DNA of 64,000 nt from Callorhinchus milii (GCF_018977255.1 NW_024704743.1:62994001-63058000), one strand, 5' to 3'. Counted from the stretch's first letter, positions 50,094 through 63,723 are shown. A program made the numbers and translations. The notes: generated by a model not told the origin, from the sequence alone.

Positions 50094-52817
50094 CTGAAGT
50101 AGAAGGAAATCAGAATTCAGTAACCTCTTCAAAGAAATAAGATTAAAAAAGCAACACCCATCATAGATCTAAAAATAAATTGCACATAATTAAAATACGG
50201 TTTGGTATACACCAAACAATTTCTGTTGTGTTCTTAAAGTGATAGTTATTTCAGATTTACAATAATAATCCTTGCAATTGATATAGTGACTTATCACGTT
50301 GTGAAGGTGTCTCAAACAAAGTGATAAGGTGTTATATTAAATGCAAGGATTTTGACTTTAAGGATTTTAAATGTTGCAACTGTGCATTTGTAGACAAACA
50401 ATACAAATTTATATTTATATAGTGCTTTTAATGTCAGTAGGATGTTCCAAGGCACTTAAAAATCCTGGGTTGGCACCTGAGCTGGGGGTGGTTGGAAGGA
50501 GAAAGATGACCAAAAGCGCAGGCAAAGAGGTAAGTCTTGAGATGGAATAATTAAATAAGAATACAAAAGAGCTAGAAGAAAAACACAGATATTGCAATTT
50601 TAAGATGAGAAAACAGAAAACACCTTCCTCTTCAGTGCTTGAAGCATCTCAGGATAGATGCTAGAATGCTTCATGGGAGGATGATATGCCGAGAATCAGA
50701 CAAGTGAGCAAAAAACACAATTTGACTTTTTGCCACAGGGGTAATGAAGACGGAGATGAATCTTGACAGGCACACACACGACAAGACTTGGGCAGAGCAG
50801 AAACTGGTGACTCATAAATCGTAGTGGCACATTCTCTCTAAGGGCCTCAGTGCATCAAACTGCCTGAAACAGTGGTACAAGACTCATGTGACTAGGCGAG
50901 GTCGAGCAATCATTGACCCGAAACAATCAAACAGATCATGTACAAATGCCACAGGTAAACGCTACGGTCCACAATAAAATTAACAGAAATCCTGCTGACA
51001 GCAGCTTCGTATTACTAAAAAAAGGTGCTACATCTCTCTGCTTGAAGGAGATACTCACATTTTTCTGCAGTTTTCTTCCTTAAACACACACACCCAATGA
51101 AAGAAAGAACATGCATTTATAACAGTGCTTATCATGCCTAAGTCTCAAAGAGCTTTACAGTAATCGTAGTGATTGTTTTTGTAAGCAAGCGAGATATAGT
51201 AACCATTTTTGTGCTCATGAAGGGCCCACAAACATCCATGAGGTAATTGACCAATTGAACTAGAGGGTTGTTGGTCAGGACACAGGGAAAAACTCCCTCC
51301 TCTTCCTGAATGGTGTCTTGGGATCTTCAACATCCATCTGAAAAGGTAGATGGTACCTCAGTGTAATGTCTCATCTGAAGAATGGCATCAAGGATATCGT
51401 GGTGCTCCCCCAAATAAATCCCCAAATAGAATTGGTTATTTCCTTCATGGCAGTTTGTGGGACATTGCTGTGTGCAATTGCGCTGCTGCATTTGCCCACA
51501 AAACACACATCACTACACTTTACAGTATATCCTGTGAATCTTCGAGAGGCCTCCTGATGTGAAAGGCGCTAAACCAAATGTAAGGATTATTTTTGTTGTT
51601 TATTATTTCGCTCTGCTCTCTCCTATAAATTGGCAGCTCTACGTTTCCTGCAGAGTGATCCTGCGAGCAGACCCACCTTTCAGGTTATTCTTTTGATTGT
51701 TTTTCAGTGAGAGGCAGCTTCCCCAGTACCAACCTTCACTTACTTTAACCTACCTTTTCAAGTCATTTACCTGCTTTTGCATTTCCTGGGATGATCTCTG
51801 GCTCCATGTCCTTGAATTTACCCAGAACATCACGTCCTGCCACCCATGCCTTCACCTTAGGACATTCGATGCCTTCTTCCTGCCCAAAACAGGTTCTGCC
51901 TGCTCTCTTGAAGCTTCCTTTACTAACGCCTGATGGGCAATGCTGCTCAAGAGACCTTGAGTCTCCTTTTCACTCAGCCGTATTCATAGCTGGTTGTACT
52001 CCAAGGTATTTTCATACGCAATTTGGAACAAATTCAACCAGTCCAACAGCATTGTGTGCTATTGGCACGTGGGAATAGATGCCGGCAGAAATAGTGAATA
52101 CTCCTACTTGGCAGGTATAGCTTTAATGTTTCTGAATTCAGCCATATTGTCAGTTGTGCCAAATGGTGCCTGCTATTTCTGGACTCCACAATTTTCTCTG
52201 AGCACGCAAAATATTTTATCATGTTTAAAAGTCCTTTTCATAAAAATAAATTATATTTATTACTCATTTTTTTATGACCTAACTGTTTCTCCATGATTTC
52301 TCTTTCAGATCTCCTCAATCTCCAGTAACATGGTTCCCAACTCCTTAGTCATCTGTTCCAGTGCCTTGGGACGTCCTCCCGACATGAAAGGTGCTATATG
52401 AATGTAATTTTATTGTTGTTGTCTTAACAATTTGTGCTCCATATAAACTACTGTTGCTGCAAAGGTTTGGTTTGGTTCTGTTTTGAACCACAAACAGATT
52501 TATTTATCCGTCCTGGTGTAACTCTAATTGAAACGACCACCAAGTTGTTAGACTCTTTATTTTTGATGTTTGGTTCACTATTGAAATCTGTCAAAGACTA
52601 ACATTTTACCAAGCAGCCTGGAATGTTTTTTGGCTGAGATTCTACCCCTCCCCTTCCTCAGTGGATCAAGGCTGGAAAATAAATGTTAGGCAAAAGCAAA
52701 ACGACTTTGAGCCTGATCTGGGACTTAAAAATTATAAAACAACAATCGCTTACTCTAGATTCAAAACCTGATGGGTACTGGGATCTGTCGTGGAAGCGAA
52801 CACTTACCTGGAGGGAT

Positions 52818-52836
52818 GTACTGCCACCTGATGGTC
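52818..52836 (-). promoter_or_regulatory. CTCF-like core motif
   Basis: Minus strand GACCATCAGGTGGCAGT versus consensus CCASYAGRKGGCRS (one mismatch). Confidence 0.4.
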
Positions 52837-53574
52837 AAAAGTGGATGCCGACATTAATTAAAGAACGCTGCAAACATTACCCCATGGTTGTAACACTGCC
52901 TCAATTTCCAGGCACCATAAAGTTAACGATTTTAAATAACCAACTATTTTGCATTGCTTTTTTTCAGTGTAAAGATTGATAAATAAATGCAAATCAGGAA
53001 ATATTTATAGTACTATGTCAGCATGGCCCATTGATTTACATCCAGAACATAGGACTATTAAACAGGTGGGTTTCCAGCAAGTACCCAGATCTGTAATGCA
53101 GTTCATAGTATGTTTCATAAATGATTTTCAGTGCCTTTGAAATTACCTTGATCAGCCTTAAAATGGCTAAGAATTCCTTTTGTGCTCATTAAGATGAAGA
53201 ACGATAATAATAATAATAAGAAGAAGAAGAAGAAGAAGAACAATAATCTTTTGTGCCCAAGGAATGAATCAAGTACTTGTAGGCCAGGGATGGCCCAGAT
53301 TAATTGGCATTCAGAGTCATTTGTGTTGTGTCCCATCTCAGGTATCTCAGGTATCAGGACAGCTCAGGGCTGAGCTGAGTCCCTACCAATTTGTTTTCAA
53401 ATAGTGCCTTGAGATCTTTAACATCCACCAGAACAGGCAGACAGGACCTTGGTTTAGTGTCTCATTTAAAAGATGGTACTTCCAACAATGTAGCTCTCTC
53501 TCAATGCGAGATCAAATGCATTGTTATCATCAGGGCTCTATTCAGTTTGTTTGCTTGCTTCAAGACATCACTGG

Positions 53575-53891
53575 GTATCAAGGGCAAGATATGTTGGGCA
53601 AGTTTCCTTACTCCACATGCTTCTGTTTCCCTAGCAATAAGTAGGAACCCAGTTGTTAGTCGATTGGCGATTCGCTTTTCCAGGGATAATAATCCCTCAA
53701 GAAACAAAAGCAATAATAATTTGGTCACTCAATTGACGACTGTTTGTGGGACACTGCTGTGTGCAATTAGCTGCAGCGTTTCGCCCACAAATATACAATC
53801 AATTCACTTTACAGTATATTTTGTGAAGCGCTTTGAGGTGTCTAGAAGACATGAAAAGCAATATATCAAATGCAAGGATTATTATTATTAT
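53575..53891 (+). mobile_element. Family-B SINE, head lost
   Basis: TTGGGCAAGTTTCCTTACTCCAC..AGTAGGAACCCAGTTGTTAGTCGATTGGCG, (ATT)n tail. Confidence 0.9.
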
Positions 53892-53892
53892 A

Positions 53893-54908
53893 AGATATGG
53901 ATTCTTAATTGGCTGAAGGGAAGGAAGCAGAGGGTTGTTGTTAGGCTAGCTAGCTAAAAATAAGGTAGGTATTGAATGGGGTGCTTCAGGGGTCTGTCCT
54001 CCTGTTCCTTATATACATTAATGATCTGATTCACAGAGTCAGTGTAAGATATTTAAATTTGCAAATGACACAAAATTGGGTAGAACAAAGGAATCTGAAG
54101 AGGCAGTAAGTGACTTACATAAAGAGCTTGACAGGATATACATGTTGACTGATAACTTGCATCTTAAATTCAAAACTGATAAATGCAAGATATACATATA
54201 GGAAGCAAAAAATATAAAACACATGTGTTTGGCCAAACATGCCAAGAGGGAAGCTGAAAAATATTTGGGGGTTTTAGTTGACTCGTTGTTCACCATATCA
54301 AAACAGTATGAAGTTGCAGTAAATAAGGCAAACGGAATTCTGGCTATATTACTAAGTCAGTGGAGTTTAGATTCCTAGACGTCATTCTCAGGCTGTACAG
54401 TGCTCTGGTCAGACCTTGAATACTGTATATGATTATGATTGCTGCAATGCAAGAGGTCTGCTCAGGCTTGAGAGGCAGTCCAGAGGAGAGCAACAATAAT
54501 GATCCCTAGTGTTGGAGGAATGAATTTTGAGCAATGATTAAACAAGATAGTGCTCTTCAATCTTGAAAGGAGGCATCTCAGAGGAGGACGTAAAGAGATA
54601 TATAAAATCTTAAATGACACTGAGAAAATAAACCCAGAACAATACTTTAGGATGCACCAAGACAGTGCAACAAAACAACACAAGTTTATAGTTAAAAAGA
54701 GCAATTTCAGGACAGAGACCAGGAAATATTTCCTTACCCAGAAAGTAATTAACAAACAGAACAGAATACCAGGAAGGGCATTTGAGGCGAGGACCTTGGA
54801 TTAATTTATAAACAGTTTGAAGTTGTGATGAGAAGACAGTTAGGTGGGTATTCTGGAAGGGCTGGTCAAAGGGCCTTCTTCATGCAAACCAATCTTGTGA
54901 TCTAGTGA
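53893..54908 (+). mobile_element. CR1 LINE, 5'-truncated and decayed
   Basis: WILNWLKGRKQRVV, GVLQGSV, KFANDTKLG, LFNLERRHLRGG-KEIYKIL, KYFLTQKVIN. Confidence 0.92.
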
Positions 54909-56029
54909 ATAAGCAAGTCTGGTATCGAGACAACAGTCAAACTCTAAACTCCAGTGAAGGCAATGGGTTACCCATAGGAAAATCCTTTGGTTCATAACGA
55001 CACCAAAAAAATGTACATCTGTATTTTACGTTCATCATCAAGTTAGGCAGTTTGTCTGTGCTCCACGGTTCTCCTTTGACACTGATAGTAGTCAAAGGCT
55101 CATGAGGTTAAACGTGCACCAACATGACCACTTAGTGAAAAGGCTTGTATTAAAGCAGCGGCCAGTCAGTGATTGAGCCTCGCTGGCCTCTAGCATATGT
55201 TCTGATTTGTATTTCATTTTCACAAGGTGAATTGCACAGAACAGATGGCTTAACATATCCCTCATACAGATTATAAACTGAAGTCCAGTGGTAGGTTCCT
55301 CCAGCCATGAGTGTACCTCAGTGACACAGCCCCCCGAAGCTTTAGAGCTTTGCATTTGAACAGGGTCACTGCTTAACAGAGCAGCTAACTGAAAGTGACC
55401 TAATTGGACTGCCTCACAAGCAAATACAAACCCACTGCAGGGACAAATCAGTTTCAGTTTGTAACTGTAAAGTGCAGCATTGGGTTTCTTTCACAAATAT
55501 TAAAATGAGCTGCGTTAGTGTTCTTTTGAGCAAATGTGGAAAATGACATCAGTTATTCAGGGCAATTATGACATGGTTCGGAAAGTGCAACACTGTTGTG
55601 GAAACCTCTGCGCTAAGATATGAGGATGTTATCTTCTGAAATTAAAATTGCAGTTAGTTACACTCTAACTGTTGGGTATGTACAATGGGGTGAAAAGCAT
55701 AACATGTGATGTTATTATTAGTACATCATAGGAATTTCCCCTTCTCGTGATGATGCTCCTTCCCTTCTTACGTTGTGAAAGTAGTTGGACCAAAGTTGCT
55801 TGCAATGGCAATTGAGTCTTCTGTCAAACGGATTGTGGGATTTCAGCACTAAAATAACAGTACAATCATTGAAGGTCTTGATCCAGAAGCTGAATGTACT
55901 TAACAATATTCCAAGACCAAATGTAACTTTGAGCAGTAACTTTTAATAAAAAATGTACTGTTTGCACAATGAAGATAATATAAATAAATAATAATATACA
56001 ATATAAATATAAAATGGAATATCCCATTG

Positions 56030-57110
56030 ATCAATCCAGGGCCAGGGCCTCGTCCATTTAGACAGCTTCTCCCAATCTGTTATCATCTGCAAATCTACCT
56101 TGCTCTGAGTGTGCAGATTCTAGTCATTTATGTTTAACAGGAGAGCTGTTCGGAACATAGACTCTGTGACATCTACCTTAATACTTATCTCCTTCTGCCC
56201 CATTTTGACTTGACTCCCTGTATCATTATTCTGTTCCCTGTCCCCTAGCCTGTTATTTCCCCTTAATCCACTTCCATGTCTTAACCTCAATGTTTACTGG
56301 AATCAGTTTGTAAAGGGGTCTCGTGTGTTACTTTGTCAGGAGCCTTGTGGACGTCTACTTCATACAGTTTCTCACTGTCAGTTTGAGATGTCCCTCGTCA
56401 GACAAGATCTAGGGCTTGTGAAATCACATTTACTGTCATTTTGGGAATATTTTCATACAAGTAATCTTCCATTTCTCTTCTGATTATTGATTTCAATAGT
56501 TTATACCAGAGAAACAAAACCTAATTATAATGGGAAATCTGAGTAGTTTGGTTCAGAGACGATTAAATCTGGTGATGGGTTTCTGCAGGCAGATAGGTTT
56601 GTGTATATTTAGTCTGTTGGAAACCTCCACAGTGTTCAATGACTGCTTTACAATGTCTGCCAGTGCTTCCCCAATCACACCTCACGTATCACTACTCCAA
56701 ATCCATTTCAGGATTTGAATCCATTTCACATTTTTTTTTAATTTGCCTCGACTGCAATTAGATATTAGATAACCTACAACAATGGTTTTGAAAGATATCC
56801 ATTTACCTTGGGTGGATTGTTTTTAACCCTTGAGTGGGGAAAAATAGGATTTGTCTTAATTATCACATCACACACAGCATCTTTCACCCTTTTGCTTCTA
56901 AGCTCGGCCCTCATCTCCCTGACGTTTGCTCATCTAAGGTTGAATGTTAGGGTTCAGTGAGTGGGTTGTGCTGTTTCCCAAGACAGGTTGAATGCTATTG
57001 TGCTATGGTCATTATTACCTAATGGTTTAGCCATTTATACTTCATGGACAGTGTCTGAATCCCTCACAAGAACCAAGTTTAGGACATAGACAGAGTTTAC
57101 GGTCCATCTC
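56030..57110 (-). mobile_element. Old fragmented CR1 ORF2
   Basis: Degenerate RT N-terminal and endonuclease-end motifs (LNLVLV..PLGNNDH). Confidence 0.5.
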
Positions 57111-59149
57111 AAGACATGACATACTCTTTGACTGAGCTTTCAGTCATCTTTCCCTTCTCCACTCACCTCAGCTCTGGACCCCAGTTCAAGTACCCAGCCA
57201 GCAGTTTGGGACATCTCCTGACATGAGGGACATTGTATAAATGTAAATTCGTATTGTGTTGTACCTTTTGCTGGTACTCAATGAAGCAGTGCAAACAATG
57301 GCCAGATTATTTCTCAGCTGTTTCATTGCAGAAAACTTCACCACAAAGGTTTCTCTAGATAAAGCCACATGATATTGGAGTGAAAGCCTGCTTTTGTCAC
57401 TTCGAACTTGTGTTGTACTTTTCTAATTGGCAATAGGAATCTGCCATACACATTGACAACATACAGCAGGCAGCCACAGTCAGGCAGAAACTAACAGCAC
57501 TGAATTGCTCTGAGCAATACTTACAGAAACTGTGTGACAGAAACCAAGATTCATTCATTGCCTCCTGACATGAAGCCTTTCAAGGCAAACATCTTTATTT
57601 TATAATCATATGTTCAGGCAGTGTAATTTTTCCCACAAGTTTTGATAGTGCCAGAAGAAGTCAAATATAGCAAAGCGCAATTCTATATACAGGATACAGA
57701 CACTCCAAGGAAGATATCTGAGAAATATAAGTCAATGACTGGAGAATCCTACCTCCCCACCTCCCCATGTTCACTCCCTCATATGATTTCTGCCGTGTGG
57801 GCTTTCTGTAACAGAATCAGGTTTACTTTGGTTGTTTTTCCCTGCTTTTGTTTTTCCTGGTGTGAGAACTATATATTACATGTGTTTTTGCTGTGTTTTC
57901 AGGTATCTCAAGTGAACAGCAAACCTCCGCCAGTACCAAGTGTTGATAATCCACATCACCACACAGTCATTAGCTAAATGAGACTTACCCACACATAGAA
58001 ATTTTGCTGTGTCTGGAATGGAAAGCTTTAGCAGACATCTGCCTTCAGCTTGGTGGAAGGACTTATACATGACAGTTTATGATGTGTCACTCAGCTTGAT
58101 GCTCCAGAGGTCCAAGTCCAATATAAGGTTTATTCGAGGACAGCTGCGTAATCCAGATCCTCACGCTATGGGTTTTGGCAATTAGATGTAACTCTGATGA
58201 TGGCTAATCTACCTCAGTATCAGGTCAGTGTAGGTCAGAAACCTCTCTCTCTGCAGACACTTGCCATTTTTATCACAATTTTTTTTTACCCCTTCAGATA
58301 ATCCAAACTGGGAATTGCCTCAGCTGCTCAGTGGGGTCTTTTGGGGGGAATGTCAGCCAGTTGCAGCAGCCCATTTCATGAGGGCTGTGAGCTGCACCCT
58401 CTCCCACAAAACAAGTGTAGCTCTGTATTCGGTAGAGTTGTGCTGTATTTTGTGTAACTGTTGCGTGCAGACAGTGCGAAACATTCACCTCCCCCACTTT
58501 AACAGCAATATATAACGTATACCTGCCATTGAGGAGGAAGTACGGTCAAATCAGAGTGGTGCCAAATCATCACTTTATCTGAACAGAAAGGGCAGTGGCA
58601 TTCACATAGAATGGGGTTTGCTAAGGCCTTGATGCCACATTATTTCAAGTATTGGTGTCTCCTTCTCCCAATCCAGGGAATGTTTGTGCTCAATGTCTCA
58701 TGTGATATCTGGGCTTGTTCAGCCATATATTTTGTCACTTACACTGCAGTTAGCTGGTTAAATTGGCAAGGCACAGAGAGTGTAAAAGCAGCATCTTTAA
58801 ATAACATGTCATTGAGGTGTAAGTGGTTTTGCCATTAGTACTAAGAATGTGACCCCATGTGGAATGCCCAGACTCTCGAGCCATTATGTAACTCCTGGTC
58901 TTGATTCCTTATTTAGACTAATCTCGTTCTCTACGTGACAGCCACCAGTCAATCACATGGCTTACACGGTGTAGTGGAGTGTGATGCTGACACCCTAGGC
59001 TCTGTTATGTGTTGGTATTTAACTGATTGCATTAAAAATATTTAAGATTTTAGTTCTATTTCAATTCTTGTCTGGTTGTTTTTAAAGATCAGTTTTAACA
59101 TGGACATCGGGAGGTTTGAAATACAACCAGGCTTAGACTTTTGTCTTGC

Positions 59150-59415
59150 AATACATTACAAATTTACATTTATATCACACCCCTCACTTCAGGAAAGTGT
59201 CCCAAGGTGCTTAACTTGGTACCCGAACTGGGAGGGGGGAGGGGTCGGGGTCACATGAGCTGGGGGGGGGGGTGTTACCCAAGCTGGGGGGTGGGCATAT
59301 GAGCTGGGGGGGGGGTCACCTGAGCTGGGGGGTGGACACACGAGCTGGGTGGGGGTGGGGGCACACAAGCTGGGGGGACTCACGAGCTGGGGTGGGGTGT
59401 ACACAAGCTGGGGGT
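59150..59415 (-). repeat. L2 3' tail followed by a G-rich tandem array (GAGCTGGGGG..)n
   Basis: L2 tail at 59150-59230, then about nine degenerate AGCTG(G)n units. Confidence 0.8.
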
Positions 59416-60595
59416 TTTAAATGTTATGCTTGAGCATAATATGGATTCACTATTGATTCGGGAGCTGTTTTTCTGTCATTCACAAAAAGATTTGTGGGAA
59501 ACAGGCTTCAAACTTATAATTGGATTTAGGAATATTTTGCACACTTAAGGCATTAACCGTAAGCCTAAAACAAGAAGGTATTTTGGGCCTTTGGCTGCTG
59601 AATGTCTGTAATTGTCACATTTCGTAAGTTGTGCTACTTCTGATATTGTTACTCTTATTACCATTCGTCTTTGATAAAACGGAGCGGTTTGACTGTACTA
59701 TTCTTACTTCTCATTACACACCACTGCAGATTAATGAAGACTTTGTGTTACATGCTCAGATCAGACAAAAAAAACAAGATATTTAACAGATAGGATTGTT
59801 TTGTTGCTGCTGGTTATGAAATTGCCAATGCAGGACTACAAAAAAAGAGATAATATCTCCTGAAAGGACTTTTAATGAGAGCACCTCATACTGCCTACAT
59901 TTGTTTTCTATATATAGATCAAGACTGTGAATGTTCTGCTTTCTTTCCAACCCACACAGTTCCTTTTCATGAGTGGGTCCAAACGGTTCTTTTGCTTCTT
60001 GCTTGCGCTGGAGCTTTCTTGTAAGCAACTGACTTGAACTTGACTTTATCTGAGCACAGTCTGATAGGTACAGAACCTCTGCAGTGGTGAGTAGGACAAG
60101 GAGGACAAGGAGAGAGAGAGAGGAAGAGAAGGCTAGGATGATGGAAGAGCCTTATCGACAGATGAAGTGCATGACAACAAAAAGGCTGTGTTGTTAAAAT
60201 GAAACCAGGACTCCCCCACCCAACAAATTGCTGACATTCCGGGAGGAGGTGACACTCACGGCACATCACACGACGTAACCAGAAATCCCAAGGATTCCCT
60301 TTGGAGTATTCACAGGATACGAAGGAGGAAGGACTGTTCTCCTGTTGTAGTTGACCATCGTCTTGGGATGTCCTCCTGACATGAATGACGCTATACAAAT
60401 GTAATTTTGGATTGACTCAATTCTTTACCGGGGATGTAACGGTTCTTTTGTTCCATTTCACCCACAAAATACACAGTCACTCCAATTTACAGTACATCCT
60501 GTGAACCGCTTTGAGACGTCTCAACAACATGATGAGGCGCTGTATCAAATACAAGGATTATTATTATTATAACTAGCTGGTATGCTAATTGAGTT

Positions 60596-60680
60596 ATAGT
60601 CAAACCTGTTTAAGCAACCATCTCCATGTAGCAACCAAACCCCTGTTAACAACCACCCTGGAATAGCCTGGTCAACTTAG
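60596..60680 (+). mobile_element. Possible pogo/Tigger-type terminal remnant
   Basis: TATAGTCAAACCTGTTTAAGCAACCA followed by reiterated (T)A(A/G)CAACCA subterminal motifs. Confidence 0.35.
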
Positions 60681-60828
60681 TTCACACATCAACAAACCCT
60701 TATCAGAAGCTGCCCTTGCCACTTTGGCCCAGTCGCCCTGAGAGATTGTTGAAGACGGATTTGACTGATTATTAAAGGGATAATCATAACATTCAGTTTT
60801 CTCTCCTCTTAGTGTTTTGGGACAGTGC

Positions 60829-60967
60829 GATCAGTAAGTTGTTACTGAGATCAGTAAGTTACTGAGATAGTTGTTATTGAGATGCATGATTGAGCTATCT
60901 GATTGACCTGAACTCACTGTACAGATCAGTAAGTTATTACTGAGGGCAGTAAGTGTTACTGAGATCA
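60829..60967. repeat. Degenerate ~19-bp tandem repeat GATCAGTAAGTTGTTACTGA
   Basis: Directly visible, about five units. Confidence 0.8.
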
Positions 60968-61374
60968 GGCAGCAAGAATGCATCTCAAACTCTCTTGTAA
61001 ACTTAGTTATAAACTACTGCGCGGTGGAACACAAGTACCTTGTTGCATCTTAATGATATTCTGATGTGCTACTGTTTGTAAACTGCTTTAATCAAAACAG
61101 ATTTAGTTAGATAAACACATCTAAAAGACTACAACTCTTATGCCTGTCGAACTCTTGATAATATCAATTAAACAAACACTCATGTTCTCTTTGCTTTGTA
61201 ATTGTTTATGTTTAGCCTGAACTTCACTGTGTGATGAGAATGGGTGGGCATTTCTTTGAGCAGAACTTTGAGTCTCTTTCAAAAAATACTTATTAAATAT
61301 ATGTGCCTTTTACAAAACTGTACTTTGAGAAGTCTCAATGTTCTGATGAGGCTCTATATCAAATGCAAGCATTA

Positions 61375-61648
61375 TAATAATCCTTGCATTTGATATAGCG
61401 CCTTATCACGTCGTTGAGATGTTTCAAAGCGCTTCACAGGATATACTGTAAAGTGAATTGACTATATTTTGTGGGTAAAATGCGGCAGCCAATTGCGCAC
61501 AGCAGTATCCCACAAAGAGTAGTGGATGAAGAGACCAAATTCGTTTTTTTGAAAGGATTATGACCCCCAGAAAGCGATCCGCCAATTGACTAACAGTCGG
61601 GGTCCTATTACTGCTTAATAAACAGAGGCGTGTGGAGTAAGGAAACTT
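61375..61648 (-). mobile_element. Family-B SINE, tail-to-tail with a plus-strand SINE tail (61320-61374)
   Basis: Reverse tail and central domain. Confidence 0.9.
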
Positions 61649-63344
61649 GATTAAAGTTTATATATATACATTATATTTATTAAATATACAGGTTACTATA
61701 TACACTGCACTGAGCTGGAGAAGGACAGATTTCAAACATGACTTAATAATAATAATAATCCTTGCATTTGATATAGCACCTTATCACATCGTCGAGACGT
61801 CTCAAAGCATCTCACAAGAAAGACTTGGGATAACAGTGCACTCATGCCCTGTAGGCTGGTGCACAGTGAGTTCAGGTCAATCAGGTATCACAAGGACATT
61901 TGCACCCCAATCAGAAAAGTACCTCCATCCAAACAGCTCATTGATCAGCAACATTGATAGGTCTAGAAGGCTAATATATTGGCCTTATCTGGTAAAAACA
62001 AAGCCTGTTAAATCATCCCCTGCTGCACCTCTTCTCAAACAAAGCTGAACAAACATTCCTCTTCTTTGTGTTTACCTGAACCTGCACTCAGCTGTTTTTG
62101 ACACAATGCCAGACTCTAATGCCCTGCCTCACAAAAGAAGACAAGTCTGTGGGCTGCAGCATCTGCTAATGCCTTGATGTGGTGGGGCGGTTCTCTTGCC
62201 TCGCTTTCTCCGTCCGTCTACCTCCTTTCATTTCCTACTCCCAAGAGCCACAGGTCATAAGTCACAGGCTGGACAGTCCCGTGTCTCTGGCTTGCATGTC
62301 ACCCACAAAATACAGTAATCAACTTTACAGTATATCCTGTAAAGCGCTGTAAGACGCTATATCAAATGCAAGGATTATTATTATTATCATTATTGTTATT
62401 ATTATCCTTACATTACATGAGCACACGTAGCTCAAAAAGCTGAAGTACCCACGTTCCCTTCCTTCTGGAAAATACAAGGCAAATTGCATTTTTTCCCTCT
62501 CTAGATGCTAATTCTGATTTCAGCTTTGCCAGGAGCGTGACGCACCTGCCTATTAGGAGTTCATGTTTGTCTGTGTAAGTGCTCCTCCAGTAAGGTGATA
62601 CTACTACTATATTTACATCCCTTCCACATTTAGACAAAGGCTATTTTGGAGCTGCCTGCTATTTGCAGAGCTGCCTACGCCACTTCAGGTCCACGTGCAC
62701 TGTACACATTACAAACAGGTTATTTTTATTTACTGTCTACACGAGGCAGAGGAGAGGATTGGCTTGAGAGACACGGTGTATTGAAGTGCAGGGTGCTTGG
62801 CTGCTGGGCTCAGCATGTTTAGCAGAAGCCAAGCCCTCGCTGACTGTGTTTTCGACCTGTCAGGTCCAAGCAGTTCTTTCTCCTAAACAGACAGCCCTTC
62901 CTGCTGCTGCCTTTGCTGTGACTCTGGAGGGCTGACAGTTGCTGCCACATAATCAACGATACAAAAGCAGTTTCCTGGAAAGACTGAACGAGGGTAATCT
63001 GCATAAATCCTCTCATTGCCTGATCCTTTCCAGGAGTTATAGGCACAATCCGGTCTCTCACAGGGTGTCACTTTCACTGTTAATGATTCCAATTCTCCTC
63101 ATTTCACTTCTTCTGATGTTATTTAAGCTGCTCGTTTCCTTTCATCGTCAGGCTGCAAACAAACTGACCACTTTTTCCATTTCATGCCTATCTGCCATGA
63201 CTTGTTCTTATTTCTGCCATTGTTTGCACAGGGTTTTGTTTGACTGTGCACCTTTCTTATTTTCTCTCCCCTTGTATGAGGTCTCATGTCCTGTTACTGG
63301 TAGCATTGGGCCTTCCGCAATGAGAAGAAGGTCTTGAAGAGGCA

Positions 63345-63723
63345 ATAATAATAATAATAATCCTTGCATTTGATATAGCACCTTATCACATGGTCGAGAT
63401 GTCTCAAAGCGTTTCACAGAATATACTGTAAAGTGAATTGACTGTGTATCTTATGGGTGAAACGTGGCAGTCAATTGCACACAGCAGTGTCCCACAAATA
63501 GTGGTGGATTGGTGAGTGACCAAATTATTATTATTATCCCTTTTTTTTGAAGGGATTATTAAACCCGGAAAAGCGATCCGCCAATTGACTAACAACCAGA
63601 ATTCTACTTACTGCTAAATAAACAGAGGTGTGTGAAGTAAGGAAACTTGCCTAAGGTTTCTCTCTACCCAGGAATCGAAGCAGGGTCCTCTTGCTTGCTA
63701 ACCACTACACCATGGGACTCCAC
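63345..63723 (-). mobile_element. Family-B SINE, full length
   Basis: (AAT)n CCTTGCATTTGATATAGC tail, central domain, degenerate tRNA head ending GGACTCCAC. Confidence 0.9.

Noticed and set aside
51978..52979. Phase-compatible Trp-rich candidate exons (RIHSWLYSKVF.. and DSKPDGYWDLSW..)
   Set aside because: More than one frame is open, the second has no clear donor, and no homology is recognised.
53391..53957. 188-aa ORF
   Set aside because: Chance read-through across SINE A, SINE B and CR1 sequences.
57640..57977. 111-aa ORF and strong acceptor at 57902
   Set aside because: The ORF reads through an intron-like pyrimidine tract, has no recognisable homology, and the exon phase is ambiguous.
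61193..61231. Possible V(D)J recombination signal (CACTGTG with a T-rich nonamer); also at 1832-1859
   Set aside because: Poor nonamer or wrong spacer length, and no V, D or J coding segment next to it.
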